A stretch of 64,000 nt of DNA from Phyllobates terribilis (taxonomy: Eukaryota), in NCBI RefSeq assembly GCF_046119375.1, contig NW_027362762.1, forward strand, positions 441,378,001 through 441,442,000, written 5' to 3'. The translations under genes were made by a program, and so were the position numbers. Of this stretch, positions 35,069 to 50,002 are shown piece by piece. The first letter of the stretch is position 1; each line of letters begins with the position of its first letter. Below the pieces are notes generated by a model, which saw only the letters and a list, made by a program, of their open reading frames with translations, was not told the DNA's origin and ran no database searches.

Positions 35069-35925
35069 ACTCCAAGGCAGCAAGTGGGGAGAAGTCACCT
35101 GCCTGACTAGTGTACAGTGCGGCTCAGTCCCCGGTGGCTTTTAAAGTATGTTTTTCTCTGAAATTCCACAGAATTTCAGAGTCAAACTTAACTAAGTTTA
35201 TACAGCCAGTGCCTGATACATGCTGCCCATTCCATGGACTGCATTTATCAGCTGTCAGGTTCTCTTTAAGGCCAGTCATACCACTAACAGTCATATATTT
35301 CTCACCTATCTTTGGATAAGTGATATATGTATTTAGTAGGACAACCCCTTTTAATGACACATCCTTGTATTTAAAATCTGTCTTGTGTCATTTCATGATA
35401 CAATTACACAGTATGCATCTAAGTGATTCTGTGATTGTTATTTTGTGACACTTTGTACTTTATGTCATTGGTACATTTTAGTAGATGCATCTTATGTCTA
35501 TTTGTAATAATAAAAAAATGAAATTTTTTTTCAGTCATTTGGAAAAATTGGCAATTTCTAAAATTATATTTTACTTGTGAGACATTCCAAACAATAGTAA
35601 CATTTACCAAATGTCTACTTTATGTTGGCTCCATTTCTTGGCATCAAGGCTATTTACCATATATTATTTTTAGGACATTAGAAAGCTTATCAATTTAGCA
35701 GTATTTTTTTCCACTTGTCAATAAAATGTAATTTCCACATCATATTCTTTAGGACCTTGTTAAAAAAAGGCATTTGCAGAGAATAGTGGAAACCCATGAA
35801 AATTTACCCCATTTTGTAAACTACACCCCAGCAATAAATTCATCTAGGAGTGCGATGAGCGTTTTGATCCCACACGTGTTTAATACAATTTTCTAGCATT
35901 GTGCTTAAAAATTAAAATTCATTAT

Positions 35926-38900
35926 ACATAGTTACATAGTTTCTAAGGCCGAAAAAAGACAAGCATCCATCCAGTTCAGCCTATTTCTTGTGCACTGCAG
36001 CTATTCCGCAGCGTTGATCCAGGGGAAGGCAAAAAAAAAACCATGCGGTATAGGCCAATTTACATCATTGAGGAAAAATTCACTTCCCGACTCCAATCTG
36101 GCAGTCAGATTAAATCCCTGGATTAATTAACTATCACTAAGCATAAGATGTAATTGTATTGTTCTCAAGAAAGGCGTCCAGGCGTCATTAAGTGAGTTGA
36201 ACATCACCACTTCCTCTCCCAGAGAATTGCAGAGTCTCATGGCTCTGACCGTAAAGAATCCCCTTCTATGCTGCCTCCAGACGCACAGTGTGCCCCCTCG
36301 TCTTTGTCACCATCCTTGGTATAAACAGGTCATGGGAGAGATCTCTGTACTGCCCCCTGATGTATTTATACATGTTTATGAGGTCTCCCCTAAGCCTTCT
36401 CTTTTCCAACGTAAATAGGCCTAATTTTGACAACCTCTCTGGGTATTCTAGTCCCTCCATTCCCTTTATTACCTTAGTCGCCCTCCTTTGTACCCTCTCT
36501 AGCTCCAATTTGTCTTTCCTGAGCACCGGAGCCCAGAACTGTGCACAATATTCTAAGTGCGGCCTTACCAGCGCTTTATACAGAGGAAGAACAATGTTCT
36601 CATCATATGCCCCTATTCCTCTTCTGATGCATGCCATGACTCTATTTGCCTTCGCAGCTGCTGCCTGACACTGGGCACTCCAATTTAATTTGCTATTAAC
36701 CAAGACGCCCAGGTCCTTCTCCATATCAGATTTCCCCAACGGTTTCCCATTTAATATGTATGGGTGACTGCTGTTTTTCTTTCCCATGTGCATGACCTTA
36801 CATTTATTGGCATTGAACCCCATTTGCCATTTTTTGGCCCAACTCCCCAATTTATCTAAATCCTCCTGTAGCTGTGCCCTATCCTCATCTGTATTAACTA
36901 CTTTACAAAGTTTAGTATCATCTGCAAATATTGCTATTTTACTATGCAACCCTTCCACTAGATCATTAATAAATATATTAAATAATATAGGGCCCAAGAC
37001 AGACCCTTGAGGCACCCCGCTAGTAACCCTGACACCCCCTGAGCTTACTCCATTGATAACCACCCTCTGTTTTCTATCACTCAGCCAGCTATTTACCCAC
37101 TTGCACACATTATCCCCCAGACCAAGCATTCTCATTTTATATACCAACCTTTTGTGTGGCACGGTATCAAACGCTTTGGAGAAGTTAAGGTATACAACAT
37201 CCACTGACTCTCCCCGGTCCAGCTGTGAGCTCACCTCCTCGTAGAAGGCGATCAGGTTTGTTTGGCAGGAGCGATCCCTCATGAATCCATGTTGATATGG
37301 AGTTAGACAGTTATTATCATTAAGATATTCTACAATAGCATCTCTAAGAAATCCTTCAAACAATTTACCCACAACAGACGTTAAGCTGACTGGTCTATAG
37401 TTCCCAGGGTCACTTTTAGACCCCTTTTTGAATATTGGTACCACATTTGCTTGGCGCCAGTCTAGTGGGACAGTCCCTGTCCATAAAGAGTACTTGAATA
37501 TAAGATACAGCGGCCTGTCTATCACATTACTTAATTCTTTTAGTACCCGGGGGTGTATGCCATCTGGGCCTGGTGACTTGTCTATTTTGATATTATTTAG
37601 GCGTTTCTGAACTTCCTCCTGGGTTAGGTGGGTGATATTTAGCGGAGGGTTTACTTTATCACTCTGCATTTCCTCCGATAAATTGTTTTCTTTTGTGAAA
37701 ACAGTGGAGAAGAAGCTATTGAGTAGGTTTGCTTTACCCTCATCGCCCTCTATGATTTTACCCAGGTTATTTTTCAATGGGCCAGCGCCATCAGTTTTAA
37801 TCCTTTTACTGTTTATATAGTTAAAGAACAGTTTGGGATTTGTTTTACTTTCCTTGGCAATTAGTCTCTCTGTCTCCTCTTTTGCTATTCTTATTTGTTT
37901 CTTACAGATTTTGTTTTTTTCCCTATAAGATATTAGCGCTTCCTCGCTGCCTTCTTGTTTAAGTTTACCAAAAGCCCTTTTTTTGTTTTTCATTGCCCTC
38001 TTGACTTCCTTATTTAGCCACATTGGCTTCCTCCTATTCCTAGCCCTTTTATTCCCATAAGGTATGTACCTTCTACAGTGACTATGTAGGACTGTTTTGA
38101 AAATTTCCCATTTTCTATCCGTGCTCCTATTACTGAAGATACTATCCCAGTCTATAAGGTGAAGGGCATCTCTTAGCTGATCAAACTTTGCCCTCCTGAA
38201 GTTCAGTGTTTTTGTGACTCCCTTGCTGGGCACCCTACTGAAGCACATGTGGAATCGTATAATGTTGTGGTCACTATTTCCCAGGTGCCCCCCGACCTGC
38301 ACCTCAGTTATTCTGTCTGACCTGTTAGTTAATATTAAGTCTAAAAGGGCCGTCCCTCTAGTTGGTTCCTGCACAAGTTGTGACAAATAATTGTCTTTGA
38401 TAATTGACAGAAACCTGTTTCCATTCTGAGATCTACAGCTTTCGGTTTCCCAGTCTATATCGGGGTAGTTGAAGTCCCCCATAATAATCACCTCGTTATT
38501 TTTTGCTACTTCGTCTATTTGTCTCATTAATAGACTTTCCGTGGCTTCTGCTATATTTGGTGGTTTATAACAGACTCCTATGATAATTTTATTATTGTTT
38601 TTTGCCCCATGTATCTCCACCCATAAGGACTCGACCTCCTCATTTCCCTCCCATACATCCTCCCGTATTGTAGGCTTTAGACACGTCTTTACATATAGAC
38701 AGACTCCACCCCCTTTCCGACTTCTTCGATCCCTTCTAAACAGACTGTAACCCTGTAAGTTAACTGCCCAGTCATAGCTTTCATCTAACCATGTCTCGGT
38801 TATTCCCACTATGTCATAGTTACCTGTAGATATTTCTGCTTCCAGTTCATCCATCTTGTTTGTCAGGCTCCTGGCATTTGCTAGCATGCAGTTTACACGA

Positions 38901-39044
38901 TTTTGTTTTGTTCCAATCTTCTCCCTGTGGATTGTATTAGAAATTTTCTTACCTCCCTTCCAAGTATCTTGTCTTGGACCTTCTTTGTCGCACTTCATAT
39001 CTTTCATTAGTATGTTCTCTGGTTTCACGTTCGTGTCCGTTTAA
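35926..39044 (-). mobile_element. CR1 LINE, 5'-truncated at the ORF1/ORF2 junction
   Basis: (TAACTATG)2 tail at 35926-35940; 920-aa ORF 36266-39028 with APE (GITETW, GDFN, SDHN) and RT (FADD); deletion/frameshift near the C-terminus. Confidence 0.95.
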
Positions 39045-39347
39045 TGTGTGGGTTTAGCTTAAAATTGTATTTTATACACCTCCATTACTAACACTGAAAG
39101 AGAGATGTAACAAAAAAACACCTTGAGAACAGCCCTCTTCAACCTTTTTATTAAAGAAATCCAATAAAGGTCCAATGTCATCCTAAACCTGTGAAACCTG
39201 TAAAAAATGATGAGCTGATGTCTTCATTAATGATATGTGACTTTTGATGGGTTTTGTTTATCTGGAAGTGGATGAACAAATAACAGAAATTTTGGCACTG
39301 TGGGGTTTTTTTTACAACCATCATGGTAACATTATAAAAAGAGTTAA

Positions 39348-39767
39348 AGGGAATCTGTCAGCAGGGTTTTTCTACCTCATCTGAGAACAGCCTGATGTAG
39401 GCAAAGAGGCCCTGAATCCAATGATATATCACTTAGATTACTGGGTGCAGCTGTTCACTTCTGACACAGAGTTTTTAGATTTAGCATGAAGCAGAGCTGA
39501 GGAAGCTAACCCCGCCCACACCACAGCTAACCCCACCCACACCAGACTCTGTATCAACATTGTCTATAGACTTTGAGCTGCTTATCACAGGAGGGGGCGG
39601 AGTCAGACTAGTATGCACGCGCTGTTGTAGTCCAGGCAATGATAATCACCAGGTGATAAAACCTTCAATGTAAGCCTGGCATGTGACACATCCTTGAGTT
39701 CAGTGTTTTAACCCCTACCTCATGCTATCCTCAGATTACATAGCAAAAGCCTGCTGTCAGATTCCCT
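39348..39767. mobile_element. Kolobok/T2-type MITE, family C
   Basis: TTAA|AGGGAATCTGTCAGCAGG ... CCTGCTGTCAGATTCCCT|TTAA. Confidence 0.9.
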
Positions 39768-40299
39768 TTAAAATGGATGAAGAATTGTTGACTCATTTTA
39801 TAAGACTTGTGTATTGCATTCTAAAATGTGTTGCCAGTGACAGTTTTCTGTGTATGGCCGATCTGGAGACTTAACAATAGCTTCCATAGCAACAATCATC
39901 AACCCCATGATTGTTTTGCATGTACCCCACGACCATTCACAAGACCAGGGGTCCTGTGTCTCCCGTTTGGTATGGCAGTCAGACATGCGCACTACCGCTT
40001 TATATAAAGTCTATGATACTGATGGAGATGGCAAAGTTCAGTTTTTGCCTATCTTTGTCAGTCCCATATACTTTAAACAGAGCAGCAGCGTTCATGCGTG
40101 ATCTCGCTCCATTCAAACTAGGCACTCATGATCTTGAATAGCGGGGGTCTAAGTGATGGGATCGTCAGTGATCAGAGACTTGGCACCTCTTCTGTGGATA
40201 GGTAATACATTTTTGATTTGGGACAATCCCTTTTTTAATGTTTTAACAGTTTGGTGCAATTAACATGAAGCCTTTTTTCTTTTTGGTTTTCCTAGAAAC

Positions 40300-40402
40300 A
40301 TGGCTGAGTTGGCATTATGTACAGAGACAGAACTGTACAACATACTGAACCAGGCGACTAAATTCTCCAGGCTTGCTGAACCAAATTATCTTTGTCTTCT
40401 GG
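40300..40402 (+). CDS. styxl1: styxl1 coding exon 1 (103 nt; acceptor at 40296)
   Basis: [34 protein letters not shown](D)|GTGAGT, matching the recalled human N-terminus [32 protein letters not shown]. Confidence 0.95.
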
Positions 40403-41196
40403 GTGAGTAGTGGAAAAAGTCATAGCAAGGCGTATGGATGGGTGGAATATACGAGGCACGATTGCCCAATATTAGCTTCTAATTACAACACATGTCAGCA
40501 GCACAAATAGGTCCTTTCTATGCCCCCTGGTATGTAACACCCGTCAGATTTGGCTAGTCCACAAAAAGCAAAAAATGCCATTAGCATAGTCACTTCATTT
40601 AAAGTTCGATTCAATGCGGAAAAAAATGGTTCAAGTTTTTGGCTTAAAAATATCCATTTATCAAGCAAAATTGGATACAATACCGGCTCCTGTCCTCCAG
40701 CATTATAGGATTTTTTTTCACTGTGTTATTTGGCATATATTAGCAATATACAATGAGACTTGAATTTCTATAAACCCTCTCCCTGGATGCTGTTCCTTGG
40801 ACCACTTTTGGTAGGTACCGACCACTGTATATTGGGATCACACCACCGCACCTGCCTTTTTTGGAGATGCTCTGATTCGCTCCTGTAGTTATCACAATTT
40901 GGTCATCGCCTTTATACAGTACTTACCTATGTTGCGGATTCTATTGTAAGAATTCTCATGCTCATGCTGCAAAATATATCCGCAGTGTAAATTGACAGGA
41001 TCTGTGGGTCTGAGATCCACAGTATGTTACTTTATACTTCAGATGTAGGTGGAAGTTTGCAATGTAAAGAGTGAAATATGTGGATTCTCCGCACCTTTTT
41101 TATAATGATATCCCCAGCGATGAATACATCTGCGCTTGACCTTGAGCAACCTCTGCTGCCGGAGGTTTTAAGTAAATACTTTCTGTGGGACTTTAA

Positions 41197-41706
41197 GGCT
41201 ATGTTCACACATCTTGGTATTTTCTGTGTTTTATTTCTGCAGCAAAACTGCAGCAAAACCTGATCTCTTGCCAGGAGGTTGTTCAGAATTTTTCTTGCTT
41301 TTTTGATTATTTTTTGGTGCGTTTTTTTCAGCGTCTTTGGTGCGTTTTTTTCACTGTTCTTTTGTCTCTAATATGCATGTACATAAAGTTCAGTGAAAAA
41401 AAAATGTCAATCTGGGTATGGCATAAAAAACGCTGAAAAACCTGACACCTGTATTTTTGGTGCATTTATTCAGTGTTTTTTTCACCACCCATTACTACCA
41501 ATGGGTGAAAAAATGCTGAAAAAAAGCTGAAAGAAGTGACATGCTCTATTTTGCAAAAAACCACGCAAAGCACAAAATCCTGAACAAAAAAAAAAACATG
41601 ATGTGTGCATGAGATTTCTGGAATCTCATACTTTGCTAGTACTGCAAAACGCAGCTGAAAATTTGCATCAAAAATGCTGAAAAAACCATGATGTGTGAAC
41701 ATAGCC
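41197..41706. mobile_element. Harbinger-type MITE, family B
   Basis: TAA|GGCTATGTTCACAC ... GTGTGAACATAGCC|TTA. Confidence 0.85.
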
Positions 41707-41844
41707 TTAGGTTAAGTTCCCAAATATGTATAGGGACAGAATGATGGTTAATACAGTTGTTCGGTCCCCATACTGCGTGCATGTTGTGGCAGCACATCCC
41801 GTTTCAGTAATCTTTCTCAATAGTCTTTTCTTTTTATCTTCTAG

Positions 41845-41906
41845 ATGCACGTTCAAAGAGAGAGTACAATGAGAGTCACATTATTACCGCAAGGAGAGCT
41901 AAGCAG
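41845..41906 (+). CDS. styxl1: styxl1 coding exon 2 (62 nt)
   Basis: TAG|(D)ARSKREYNESHIITARRAKQ|GT; rhodanese/CH2 domain. Confidence 0.95.
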
Positions 41907-42378
41907 GTACTGTTATAAGGTGCCGTGAGGCCGAATTCCCATATACAGCTGTCCTTCCTGGACTGTAGGATAATACTTTAGTAGTAGCGATCAGACAACA
42001 CTGTCTATGTTATGTTCTGTTGTAGAAATTAATCTCTATTCATTTTCTTTATTATTGCTTTTCATAAAATAAAGATTACCTCTTCCCCCATAAGTCACAT
42101 ATTGTGCCCTAATCAATAGTAAATTGCATAGTAGAAGTGTACTTACAGCTGGTGCAGAAGATATACAGGTGACATATATAAAGCTGCACTTAATTTGAAC
42201 TTTTCGATATGGATTCTCCTATTAAGCTATAAGAAGTTAGCCATTGTGCTCACGGACATATCATGTACTTGCTTTATACAAAGCCGTATTGGCCTCCATG
42301 TAATGTCATTGGGGCTCCATACGCACCGTCTCTCACTACGAATAAGTGCAATGCCATCTTCGATTTTCCTTTCTTTAG

Positions 42379-42478
42379 AATGAAGACAAGTGTTTCCTGT
42401 TGCCAGAGTATATGGAGTTGGATTGTATGAAGTACTGTGTGGTATATGATAGTCGAACTGATTCTTTGGATGGTGAAG
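42379..42478 (+). CDS. styxl1: styxl1 coding exon 3 (100 nt)
   Basis: TAG|NEDKCFLLPEYMELDCMKYCVVYDSRTDSLDGE(G)|GTAAGA. Confidence 0.93.
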
Positions 42479-42751
42479 GTAAGAGATTCATACTTAGAAT
42501 TTCTATAAAATAGCAGCAATGGTGTTAAAGAGGATCTGTCACTAGATTTCACAATACAAAATTACTTTCATTATTAAATAGAGCCCTTGGACTTGATGGG
42601 TCTGCTGTACTTACTTTGACAATCCATATCAGAGTGGCTGTATAATCCTTTGTGTACGTTTTCCCACTTCATATTAACATGAGTATTGAGCTGGGCTCAT
42701 TTTATTATCACCACGATACAGCCATTTTAGCATGGATTTTTAAAGTAAATA

Positions 42752-44630
<1,879 letters not shown>

Positions 44631-44742
44631 TACACCAGCCTCATCAGGTCTAAGAAATCTATTAAATAATGTATGCCATTTGTATTTTGAAATCTGGTAA
44701 CTGATCCGCTGTCAGTATTTTACCAATGAAATCTCTTCTCAG

Positions 44743-44876
44743 GTCCAGCTATACAATGTGCCAAGGTCATGTCACAAGTTACTCATCTCCCAGTGTTGGT
44801 GCTGAAAGGTGGATATGAGAAATTTTCTGGCTATTACCATTTCTTCCGGTCTCAGAAAGTGTTCTGGATGCCACAG
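44743..44876 (+). CDS. styxl1: styxl1 coding exon 4 (134 nt)
   Basis: CAG|(G)PAIQCAKVMSQVTHLPVLVLKGGYEKFSGYYHFFRSQKVFWMPQ|GTAATT; LKGGY rhodanese motif. Confidence 0.96.
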
Positions 44877-45011
44877 GTAATTGCTTTTTAGTGGTAGGCA
44901 CAACCTTATTTTTAAAAGGTGTTGCCCAATTTGACTGAATCATTAGGTGGGCATACACAGGACTATGGATGGCAAAACCTGACAATTTTGTCAGAATCAG
45001 AAAAAAAATTA

Positions 45012-45926
45012 CCGTATATACTCGAGTATAAGCCGACCCGAATATAGGCTGAGACACCTAATTTTACCACAAAAAACTGGGAAAACTTATTGATTCGAGT
45101 ATGAGCCGAGGGGGAGAAGTGCAGCAGCTACTGGTAAATTTCCCCATCCTGGTAAGCATTGCCCACTCATCACCAATCATGGTATGCATGGCCCCCTCAT
45201 CCCCAATCCTGGTATGCATGGCCCCCTCATCCTCAATCCTGGTATGCATGGCCCCCTCATTCCCAATCCTGTTATGCATGGCCCCCCCATCCCCAATCCT
45301 GTTATGCATGGCCCCCCCATCCCCAATCCTGGTATGCATGGCCCCCTCGTCCCCAATCCTGGTGTACATGGCCCCCTCGTCCTCAATCCTGGTATGCATG
45401 GCCCCCCTATCCTGGTATACATGGCCCCCCATCACTGCACACATGAAAAAAATAAACACTTCTATTCACCTTCCTTCCCTCTGCTCCAGCGCTGCCATGC
45501 GCACTCAGACTCTGAGGTGAGCTTCCGGGACTATGGGCGTGGAGAGGAGTGAATATTCATTTTCTTTAATAGTGCGCAGTGTCAGCAGTGGCCGAAGCTC
45601 CTGCTGTGTCTCATCGATCCTATGTGCCCGCTGCTAAAGAGAATGAATGAATATTCACTCTTCTCCACGCCCATGGGAGTGGAGAAGAGTGAATATTCAT
45701 ACTCTCTAATAGCGGGCACAGAGGATCGCTGATCCACTGCTGACACTGCGCACTATTAAAGAAAATTAATATTCACTCTTCTCCACTCCCATGGGCGTGG
45801 AGAAGAGTGAATATTCATTTCCCTTTAGTAGCGGGCACACGTGGCAACTGCAGCGGCCGGCTACTGCATGTGCCCCGCTCTTCCGCAGCTGCAAATCCCC
45901 CCCCACAGCCGGTGTATATGTGTGTA
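45012..45926. mobile_element. pogo/Tigger-like non-autonomous element with internal 30-bp tandem repeat and nested palindromes; right end missing
   Basis: TA|CCGTATATACTCGAGTATAAGCCGA; about 8 units of GGTATGCATGGCCCCCTCATCCCCAATCCT at about 45170-45430; inverted blocks at 45540-45830. Confidence 0.6.
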
Positions 45927-47529
45927 CAGTACAGACCAAAAGTTTGGACACACCTTCTCATTTAAAGATTTTTCTGTATTTTCTTGACTATGAAAATTGT
46001 ACATTCACACTGAAGGCATCAAAACTATGAATTAACACATGTGGAATTATATACTTAATATGTCTTATATTCTAGGTTCTTCAAAGTAGCCACATTTTGC
46101 TTTGACGACTGCTTTACACACTCTTAGCATTCTCTTGATGAGCTTCAAGAGGTAGTCACCGGAAATGGTCTTCCAACAATCTTGAAGGAGTTCCCAGAGA
46201 TGCTTAGCACTTGTTGGTCCTTTTGCCTTCACTCTGCGGTCCAGCTCACCCCAAACCATCTCGATTGGGTTCACGTCTGGTGACTGTGTAGGCCACATCA
46301 TCTGGCGTAGCACCCCATCACTCTCCCTCTTGGTCAAATAGCCCTTACACAGCCTGGAGGTGTGTTTGGGGTCATTGTCCTGTTGAAAAATAAATGATGG
46401 TCCAACTAAACACAAACCGGATGGAATAGCATGCCGCTGCAAGATGCTGTGCTAGCCATGCTGGTTCAGTATGCCTTCAATTTTGAATAAATCCCCAACA
46501 GTGTCACCAGCAAAACACCCCCACACCGTCACACCTCCTCCTCCATGCTTCACGGTGGGAACCAGGCATGTAGAGTCCATCCGTTCACCTTTTCTGCATC
46601 GCGCAAAGACACGGTGGTTGGAACCAAAGATCTCAAATTTGGACTCATCAGACCAAAGCACAGATTTCCACTGGTCTAATGTCCATTCCTTGTGTTCTTT
46701 AGCCCAAACAAGTCTCTTCTGCTTGTTGCCTGTCCTTAGCAGTGGTTTCCTAGCAGCTATTTTACCATGAAGGCCTGCTGCACAAAGTCTCCTCTTAACA
46801 GTTGTTGTAGAGATGTGTCTGCTGCTAGAACTCTGTGTGGCATTGACCTGGTCTCTAATCTGAGCTTCTGTTAACCTGCGAATTCTGAGGCTGGTGACTC
46901 GGATAAACTTATCCTCAGAAGCAGAGGTGACTCTTGGTCTTCCTTTCCTGGGGCGGTCCTCATGTGAGCCAGTTTCTTTGTAGTGCTTGATGGTTATTGC
47001 AACTGCACTTGGGGACACATTCAAAGTTTGTCCAATTTTTCGGACTGACTGACCTTCATTTCTTAACGTAATGATGGCCACTCGTTTTTCTTTACTTAGC
47101 TGCTTTTTTCTTGCCATAATATAAATTCTAACAGTCTATTCAGTAGGACTATCAGCTGTGTATCCACCTGACTTCTGCACAACACAACTGATGGTTCCAA
47201 CCCCATTTATAAGGCAAGAAATCCCACTTATTAAACCTGACAGGGCACACCTGTGAAGTGAAAACCATTTCCGGTGACTACCTCTTGAAGCTCATCAAGA
47301 GAATGCCAAGAGTGTGCAAAGCAGTCATCAAAGCAAAAGGTGGCTACTTTGAAGAACCTAGAATATAAGACATATTTTCAGTTGTTTCACACTTTTTTGT
47401 TAAGTATATAATTCCACATGTGTTAATTCATAGTTTTGATGCCTTCAGTGAATGTACAATTTTCATAGTCATGAAAATACAGAAAAATCTTTAAATGAGA
47501 AGGTGTGTCCAAACTTTTGGTCTGTACTG
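45927..47529 (-). mobile_element. Tc1-like DD38E (Intruder-type) element, 1603 bp
   Basis: TA TSDs; TIRs 45927-46169 and 47264-47529. ORF 47117->46065 (350 codons) with one TAG at 46452-46454. WSDESKF, and QQDNDPKH to NPIE with 38 residues between D and E. Confidence 0.93.
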
Positions 47530-47782
47530 TATATATATAAAAAATGTAATGAAACAATATTGTTTTTATTTCCTGGTGATTAGAAGGTTTCACTGATGAA
47601 CAGCTCATCCATGCTCAGGATTTGTCAGTTTAGGGACACAGTGCCCTATATTTTATTAATATGTGAGTAGCCGGGACCTAATGGATGGGATGGAAAGCTT
47701 CATATAGGAACGCTGCTAAACTCTGCATAGCTTCTAGAATTCTCTTAGGTAATTGATATTATATTGTTTGTATTTTCTACAG

Positions 47783-47928
47783 GAAATTGATGAATTTCAG
47801 GCTTACCCCATTGAAATCATACCAGGTTTGTTATACATGGGTAATCTACGACAAGCAAATGACAGACACGTACAAAAGGATCTGAAGATCAAATCTCACG
47901 TTAACGTCTCACTAGAGTCTACAAATCT
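47783..47928 (+). CDS. styxl1: styxl1 coding exon 5 (146 nt)
   Basis: CAG|[48 protein letters not shown](L)|GTAAGT; start of the DUSP domain. Confidence 0.96.
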
Positions 47929-49910
47929 GTAAGTAATAACAGGAAATGAGAGCGCTGAGAGACAGCTAACAGGATGGCTTCATTGTCTGTGTCTTCTGGT
48001 GATCGGCAAGGGCACCCCAACCTACCCAAAACCTAAGCCACTCCCCTATAAAATGGACAGGGGGTGAAATGATGGCCAAGGCTTGCTGAGGACCCCCCAT
48101 GCCTGCCATAATAGTGTACCATTGAAGTCCGGCCTGTGGGTGGACTTCATAGAAGACCGCGATTTTTACTATACACAGCAGTGCTGTAGTATTGCTGGGT
48201 TTAGTACAAGTGACCATCCGATCGTATGTTAAGGTCCCCTAAGGGGACTAACAAATAAGGATAGAAAGAAAAATCAATCTATCAAAATATAAAGTTAATT
48301 ACCCGTTTATTAGTTTTTCTTCATAATGTAATTCTTTTAAGAAGGCTTCTTAACCCTTAAGCCTCAATTCATTGAGACTGGTATTTTGCACACCAGTTTT
48401 AAAGAAGGCACCATTGGCGTAAGATGTGACTAATTCGTAAAGAGGCGCATACCACTTAATGAATTAGGCGCACCCTACATCCGGCGTGCACCTCCACCAG
48501 AAATGTTTACGCCAGTCAGAGACTGCAGAGAATTTCTGGTGTGAGTTATGCCACTAAAGTGGTGTAACTTTTTAATTTTCTGGTTTCTGCGCCACTAATT
48601 AACTGTATTTTCACCACGCAGGAACATAACCTAACACAGTGGATTTCCATCCTAAACTGGACACAATCAGCTTTATTATCATACATGCAGCAAAGCAAGT
48701 CCATGACAGTACAAAAATAAATCCTTGGTCGTATGCCCGCTAACTAAAGAAATGGCATCTTTTGCGACCAGAGGCCACTGATCCAAGTGCCTAGTACCTC
48801 AAAGCAGAAAATTCCATCCTTACCAAACAGCATGGTGGTGGCTTGCACAGCGATTGTAACAGCTTATCCTTATGAGTAGGGGCAATTAATATAGCTTATT
48901 TAACCCCTTCTTGACAAGTGACGTACAGTATATGGACATTACATTTTAGAGCTAATTCCTCTCCCACAGAACCAGCACCCACATGTATCTTCAAGCAATT
49001 CAGGCTATTCCTGATTGTGGTTGCTTAACCCCTTAGATGCCACAGTCCGTATCGATTGTAGCATTTAATTGGATAATCAAAGGGAAGGGGAATCCTGGCA
49101 CTCTTTTGCAACCCACCCCGCACATAACGTTGTTGAGGGGTCCCAATGAGAAGTCATGGCAGCTGGGTGCCTACTGAAGGCTTCTGTGTCTGAACAGTTT
49201 GAGCTCTTGTAAAGCACTGCAACAAAATTTACAATCATGAGACTAGTAAAAAAAAAAGAAGAAAATACTGAAAATAATTTTTAATAGATTAAAACATTAT
49301 TTTTTCCAATTATCTAAATGAAAATAAACATATCTGGTTTTGCTGCATCTGTAAAAGTTTGTACTTTGGAAATAAACATGTCAGATTTGACATGTTTCAT
49401 TCACTTTTCCCTCCCCTTCAAAAATGGAGTCAATTATCAAAATGTTGCTTGTACCCACTAAATGGTACCAAAAAGACTGCAGCATGTCCCTAATAAACAA
49501 GCCCTCCCTCACTTGGCTCCATTGATGGAAAAATATAAATGTTACAGGTCTCAGAATTTCTTGAACCAAACTTTTTTTTTTTTTAAGGCAATAAAACATA
49601 AAAAACTCTATACATTTGGTGTTACCATAATTATACAGACGTGAAAAATAACATTTATTTGTGTATTAAAGAACAACTTGCTTGCAAAACACAAGCTTGT
49701 ATATAGCAATAAGTTATGGCACTTGGAAGAAAGTGTTAAAAAAAATTAAAGATGGCCGATGAGAAAAGAGCCCCGCACCCTGCTAGGGCATTAGGCAGCC
49801 CACACCCTGGACTTTCCTGGATGGAGTCTTCTCTGCTTTCTCCACTTCAGCTCGAATCATTTTCACATTTGTCTTTGTTTCGACATTAGCTTTAACCTTG
49901 TATTTTTCAG

Positions 49911-50002
49911 TTTGCTGCCAAGTGAAGTATTACTGCTTCCAGAGCCAGATTCATGCGACTCAGACCTTCTCCAATTGTTTCCAAGTGCTTGTCAATTTAT
50001 AG
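49911..50002 (+). CDS. styxl1: styxl1 coding exon 6 (92 nt)
   Basis: CAG|(L)LLPSEVLLLPEPDSCDSDLLQLFPSACQFI(D)|GTAAAT; phases match both neighbours. Confidence 0.88.

Noticed and set aside
34459-35144. Repetitive ORFs (TTGQPHYLVL, WTTPLPCPYY) and CRISPR-like appearance of 30-bp repeats
   Set aside because: Units are contiguous with no unique spacers, there are no cas genes, and the context is eukaryotic. The ORFs are repeat artefacts.
45064-45552. Pro/Gly-rich ORFs (MHGPLIPNPG repeats)
   Set aside because: Derived from the 30-bp tandem repeat inside a non-autonomous DNA element.
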